64,000 nt of DNA from Escherichia phage vB_EcoM_FB: the sequence record MT682711.1, one strand, 5' to 3'. Both the position numbers and the translations under genes were made by a program. Below are positions 60,614 through 64,000 of the stretch, one piece after another. Positions within the stretch are counted from its first letter, which is position 1. Each line of letters opens with the position of its first letter. The notes below the pieces were generated by a model, which worked only from the letters and a program-made list of their open reading frames with translations, was not told the origin of the DNA and did not search any database.

Positions 60614-60958
60614 CTATTTTTGTAGCTGTTCTAAAATAAATCCGCTCGTATAAAAAGAAGCATTATAAACCTTGTTCAGTGGGTTCAAAGCGCGTCCATA
60701 GGTATCACGTAATTCTTTGATAACGTTTTCATAACTCACGTAGTAAGCACTACGATAGTCAGGGTCCATGCTCATACGGAATTTGATGAATCGATAAAAA
60801 CCTGTATCCGGGTCTTGAACGAAAACGAAATCCGCACTTGCCATAGTTTTTGAATCTAGCCCAGTAACCAGTTCTTGATTGAAGGCCTTCAATGCCTCTT
60901 TAAGACTGAGTTGCTCAAAGAACATGACATTGGCATTACCAAAAAATACTTTAGACAT
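60614..60958 (-). CDS. hypothetical protein (114 aa)
   Basis: ORF with ATG start. Confidence 0.45.
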   Translation of the reverse strand: MSKVFFGNANVMFFEQLSLKEALKAFNQELVTGLDSKTMASADFVFVQDPDTGFYRFIKFRMSMDPDYRSAYYVSYENVIKELRDTYGRALNPLNKVYNASFYTSGFILEQLQK

Positions 60959-60967
60959 GATATTTCC

Positions 60968-61180
60968 TTATTCAGCGTCAACAGAAATAGCCATCAGTTC
61001 ATCAACGGTAAGGCACTGTACACTTGGTCCTACACAAAAGCGCTTAGTTGAATCATAGAGGTCTGTGGCATTAACAGGTTGTAATTCAGTACCAACTTGC
61101 AAAGGAGAAATGCGAATCAGTTGTTGGCCGTTATGTAATACAAAGCTCTCACCCACTGCGACATCTTTAAAAAGTTTCAT
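60968..61180 (-). CDS. hypothetical protein (70 aa)
   Basis: start re-set to ATG 61180 with TGAGGAAAAT SD. Confidence 0.45.
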   Translation of the reverse strand: MKLFKDVAVGESFVLHNGQQLIRISPLQVGTELQPVNATDLYDSTKRFCVGPSVQCLTVDELMAISVDAE

Positions 61181-61190
61181 AATATTTTCC

Positions 61191-61301
61191 TCAGAAGTTA
61201 AAGAATACACGTACATGGTCAATCATAAAAACGATTGGGAAAATGCTCAATACCAAAAATAACACAAACATGTTCCAAATTGCTTTAAGTAAGTTTTTCA
61301 T
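61191..61301 (-). CDS. small hydrophobic peptide (36 aa)
   Basis: MKNLLKAIWNMFVLFLVLSIFPIVFMIDHVRVFFNF; GGAG SD; own early promoter. Confidence 0.3.
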   Translation of the reverse strand: MKNLLKAIWNMFVLFLVLSIFPIVFMIDHVRVFFNF

Positions 61302-61446
61302 AATCATCTCCATTAGTTGATAGGTCTATAATATCATGATTAATGGAGATGTACACTGTTTTATGCCAATTTTCACAACAATAAACTAAAACATACGCAA
61401 ATCACTGGGATACAGGTCAACCAAATAAGGCACCACGTTTTGCTAC

Positions 61447-61713
61447 TCAAAATACTACCTCTTTAATTTCAATCAATCCTCTGTACAATGCAGTGCGAAG
61501 GTCATAAAGAATATCTATGCCATCAACATTATCCAGTTTTCCATCGATAAGTTTTTGTAAATCTTCCTTTGATGCGATTAAGGGACGGAGAAATTTACAA
61601 TCAGAAAGAGATAACTCTGTAGTAACATCATCACCATCACCTGACGCGTCATACGTGGCGGCAACAACCGTACCCGTAACTTTGTGTTTAGCGTAATATA
61701 ATTTGATATTCAC
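61447..61713 (-). CDS. hypothetical protein (88 aa), tandem paralog A
   Basis: no internal Met; GTG start overlapping upstream stop (GTGA); YYAKHKVT. Confidence 0.45.
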   Translation of the reverse strand: MNIKLYYAKHKVTGTVVAATYDASGDGDDVTTELSLSDCKFLRPLIASKEDLQKLIDGKLDNVDGIDILYDLRTALYRGLIEIKEVVF

Positions 61714-61967
61714 AATTCCACCTCAATGATTTCAATCTGATTAGCATTGATAGCTTTTTTCAAAGCAGGGTAAATTTGAGTGCAGTAAGAATTATTTAGC
61801 TCACCGTTCACCAAACGTTGAATCTCGTCATGAGTGGTCAAATAAGGCTGGTCGGTTTCATATTTAGATAAATCCAGACCAGTGATGCAAAAGTCTTCTT
61901 CATCTGAAAAGGTTGAAAACGATACAAACTCACGGGTAATTTTATGTTTGGCGTAATAGAATTTCAT
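61710..61967 (-). CDS. hypothetical protein (85 aa), tandem paralog B
   Basis: MKFYYAKHKIT...IEIIEVEL; paralogous to the next gene downstream. Confidence 0.5.
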   Translation of the reverse strand: MKFYYAKHKITREFVSFSTFSDEEDFCITGLDLSKYETDQPYLTTHDEIQRLVNGELNNSYCTQIYPALKKAINANQIEIIEVEL

Positions 61968-61995
61968 TTTGTTTTCCTCTCAAGTTGATAGGAAG

Positions 61996-62024
61996 ATAGT
62001 AACACCATCCTTGGTGTATGTAAA
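61996..62024 (-). promoter_or_regulatory. early promoter (GTTTACA-N17-TACTAT)
   Basis: shares 19-nt core with the copy at 16713..16742. Confidence 0.5.
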
Positions 62025-62040
62025 CACTTATTTAAAAAAT

Positions 62041-62598
62041 TTATAAGGCGAGATACCAGCCGTTGTAATTGCTCTTACGGACTAGCTTTGTGATGGCTTC
62101 TCTGTCACCAGAGAACTTAGGAGTGAACAGGACATAGCCTGCCTCATTTACCGAAGTGTCGAATATAATTATACAATCTGCAACTTTATGATTCAAGAGC
62201 GGCCCCAGGTTAATCCCTGTTCCATAAGGGAAGTCACCGGAGTATCCTGTAGTGCAGGAAATCCACTTAGAATCCGACTGATGGGTCTTGACCTCTACAC
62301 GTAGTCCACAATACATAGGATGAGCTAAAACATCCCATGCATAGGTATAAGGGTCGTCATGGTCTTCCAGACCACTGTTAACATATCCTTTCAACCAATC
62401 AGCAACCATGTACTCGGCATACGTTGCAATGACACACCGAGCCAATACTTCTTTCTTATCTTGGGCCGGGTCTTGGCTTAAGGAATACAATACGGTATCC
62501 TTAATCTTAACCTTCATTTCACCTGTTAAATCAGATGTCTTCAGGGTAAATGTCGGCATCGCTGCCAATCGGAGTAGTCCCGGGTTCGTCTTCACCAT
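62041..62598 (-). CDS. denB: probable endonuclease IV (DenB), by position and length
   Basis: start re-set to ATG 62598 with GAGG SD giving 185 aa; lies between ndd and rIIB as in T4; sequence not independently recognised. Confidence 0.5.
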   Translation of the reverse strand: MVKTNPGLLRLAAMPTFTLKTSDLTGEMKVKIKDTVLYSLSQDPAQDKKEVLARCVIATYAEYMVADWLKGYVNSGLEDHDDPYTYAWDVLAHPMYCGLRVEVKTHQSDSKWISCTTGYSGDFPYGTGINLGPLLNHKVADCIIIFDTSVNEAGYVLFTPKFSGDREAITKLVRKSNYNGWYLAL

Positions 62599-62830
62599 AA
62601 ATGCCTCGAATATGAAGTTCGCCATAATAAATTCGGTCGTTAGGCTCTAAAGTATCAGAATCTACTAAAGGAAACTCGCCTTCAACCACCTCATCGCATT
62701 CTAGAAAAGCGTAATGAACATCACCCGGGTGTTTAACGAGCTTAGCACAATAAACAGTACCTGCTTTATGGAATCCACGCAAATTAGAAATCTTGATATC
62801 ACGTTCACCGACATTCAGGTAATTAATCAT
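62531..62830 (-). CDS. hypothetical protein (99 aa)
   Basis: ATG 62830; 3' end overlaps the proposed denB start by 68 nt, so one of the two calls may be wrong. Confidence 0.35.
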   Translation of the reverse strand: MINYLNVGERDIKISNLRGFHKAGTVYCAKLVKHPGDVHYAFLECDEVVEGEFPLVDSDTLEPNDRIYYGELHIRGIYGEDEPGTTPIGSDADIYPEDI

Positions 62831-62831
62831 T

Positions 62832-63029
62832 TTACTCACCGAAATAAGAAATACGAACCTCTAAACAATGGGCATAAGCGCCCATCGCATCCAGTTGTGC
62901 AATCAGTAACCCTTGTTGACGGATATCAAGAGTTTCAAAAACACCACCTTCAATAAAGGTTTCTAGTGCGTTAATTTTAAGAACCAACTGGTCGTATTCT
63001 TCAACTACACGTGCTTGGTAACCTAACAT
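62832..63029 (-). CDS. hypothetical protein (65 aa)
   Basis: ATG with TGAGGAAT SD directly after the hairpin at 63042. Confidence 0.45.
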   Translation of the reverse strand: MLGYQARVVEEYDQLVLKINALETFIEGGVFETLDIRQQGLLIAQLDAMGAYAHCLEVRISYFGE

Positions 63030-63041
63030 AATTCCTCATTA

Positions 63042-63057
63042 GGAGGCCGAAGCCTCC
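63042..63057. terminator. UUCG-tetraloop hairpin after rIIB
   Basis: GGAGGC-cgaa-GCCTCC, identical to 24731..24746. Confidence 0.55.
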
Positions 63058-63066
63058 GTTATTGAT

Positions 63067-64000
63067 TTAGTATTTGTATTCGTTTGCGAACTGTTCGGTG
63101 ACGTCTTCTAGAACTTCATAATAACATACACGCATTTTAGCATCACCGTAATCGACCGGAATACTAACAACATCACGTGGGTTAACTTTACATGAAACCA
63201 CTTTACAGCTTGAGTTACCAAAATGACCGATATAACTACGAGAGCAAACGTGCAGACCACTTGAACAGGTTACTTCATCATCGTCATTTACACGAGAACG
63301 AGGCATTTTAACCGGTTTGCCTGGTGAGTTATCAAACGTACCGGTACGGCAGTCGGTGTAATCGGAGTTAACCACCTTCCACGTAATAAAGTGACCATCT
63401 TCAGTAATTTTGATGTCGTTTGCCACCAAGAAGTCGAACAAACGTTGTACAGCTTTTTCGCTTGGGTTTTCTAACAGGTTCTCAAGGAACGGCAGGTAGA
63501 ATTCGAAGTCTTCACCGTTTTCCATTGAAGTGATAATACGGTCAATCAACCCTGAACGCAATTCAATGCCTTGGTAAACCAGACGTCCACCTTCAATACG
63601 AACGTTGCCTTTAACAAAGGCCTTAACGGCTTCTTTAATGGAAATCAGTTTAATCGCGTCATCGAAACGAGATTCTTTAAGAGCCTGTACGATGGCATCA
63701 AAATGTTTGTTCTTATTAGTGGTGTTCCATACTGTACGACCTTCAGTGATGGACACGAATTTAGAACTAGCGTTCCAAATAATTTCAGGACGTGAACCAC
63801 CAATAGTAACTTCAACAGGAACTACACGAGGCTCGTTAGGAACTGTTACTTTGATATTTCCGGTAATAACTACCTGGGCCTGTCCAGCTCCATTAGCATT
63901 TTTCAGGACTTTACGAATGGTATCAACCGAAACACCATACCAGTCAGCTAGTTCTTGCTGAGTATAATTACCAGAAATATATAACTTAACGATTTCAACT
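63067..64000 (-). CDS. rIIB: rIIB (5' end beyond right edge; about 13 codons missing)
   Basis: frame open from 64000 to stop at 63067; VEIVKLYISGNYTQQELADWYGVSVDTIRKVL...PRDVVSIPVDYGDAKMRVCYYEV match recalled T4 rIIB; ORF-track GTG start at 63756 is an artefact. Confidence 0.85.
   Translation of the reverse strand, partial: VEIVKLYISGNYTQQELADWYGVSVDTIRKVLKNANGAGQAQVVITGNIKVTVPNEPRVVPVEVTIGGSRPEIIWNASSKFVSITEGRTVWNTTNKNKHFDAIVQALKESRFDDAIKLISIKEAVKAFVKGNVRIEGGRLVYQGIELRSGLIDRIITSMENGEDFEFYLPFLENLLENPSEKAVQRLFDFLVANDIKITEDGHFITWKVVNSDYTDCRTGTFDNSPGKPVKMPRSRVNDDDEVTCSSGLHVCSRSYIGHFGNSSCKVVSCKVNPRDVVSIPVDYGDAKMRVCYYEVLEDVTEQFANEYKY

Noticed and set aside
63067-63756. ORF-track call of a 229-aa protein starting at GTG 63756
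   Set aside because: The frame stays open to the window edge and the upstream translation matches the rIIB N-terminal region, so this is the 3' part of rIIB, not a separate gene.

Overview
The window reads as one contiguous ~64 kb segment of a T-even (T4-like) myovirus genome, colinear with the T4 map from gene 24 to rIIB. Plus-strand blocks carry late structural genes: 24 and a 24 paralog, uvsW, baseplate hub/tail genes 51-27-28-29-48-54, long tail fiber genes 34-35-36-37, a T2-type gp38 adhesin and holin t. Minus-strand blocks carry early/middle genes: rnlB, hoc, inh, uvsY, 25, 26, two tandem alt genes, DNA ligase, a 30.x accessory cluster, rIII, 31, cd, pseT, spanins, alc, rnlA, denA, nrdB, nrdA, td, frd, 32, 59, 33, dsbA, rnh, asiA, motA, 52, ac, stp, ndd, denB and rIIB (runs off the right edge). 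All product names rest on my recollection of T4 protein sequences, catalytic motifs and synteny; no database search was run. Many ORF-track starts are TTG/GTG or lie upstream of the promoter, so I re-set them to ATG codons with a Shine-Dalgarno sequence where I could verify them. Regulatory signals are dense: TATAAATA late promoters (two loci with overlapping divergent copies), near-identical GTTTACA-N16/17-TAnTAT early promoters, MotA-box middle promoters, and UUCG/CGAA-tetraloop hairpins. Departures from the T4 layout as I recall it are: tandem gene-24 paralogs, tandem alt paralogs, a NADAR-like plus HAD-like pair in the 30.x cluster, free-standing GIY-YIG homing endonuclease genes, a gp37 with a C-terminal autoproteolytic chaperone-like domain followed by a glycine-rich gp38, and several blocks of unrecognised small genes (asiA-motA, cd-pseT, ndd-denB). 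I did not find a system I can confidently call novel; the tandem alt pair and the asiA-motA block are the best candidates.
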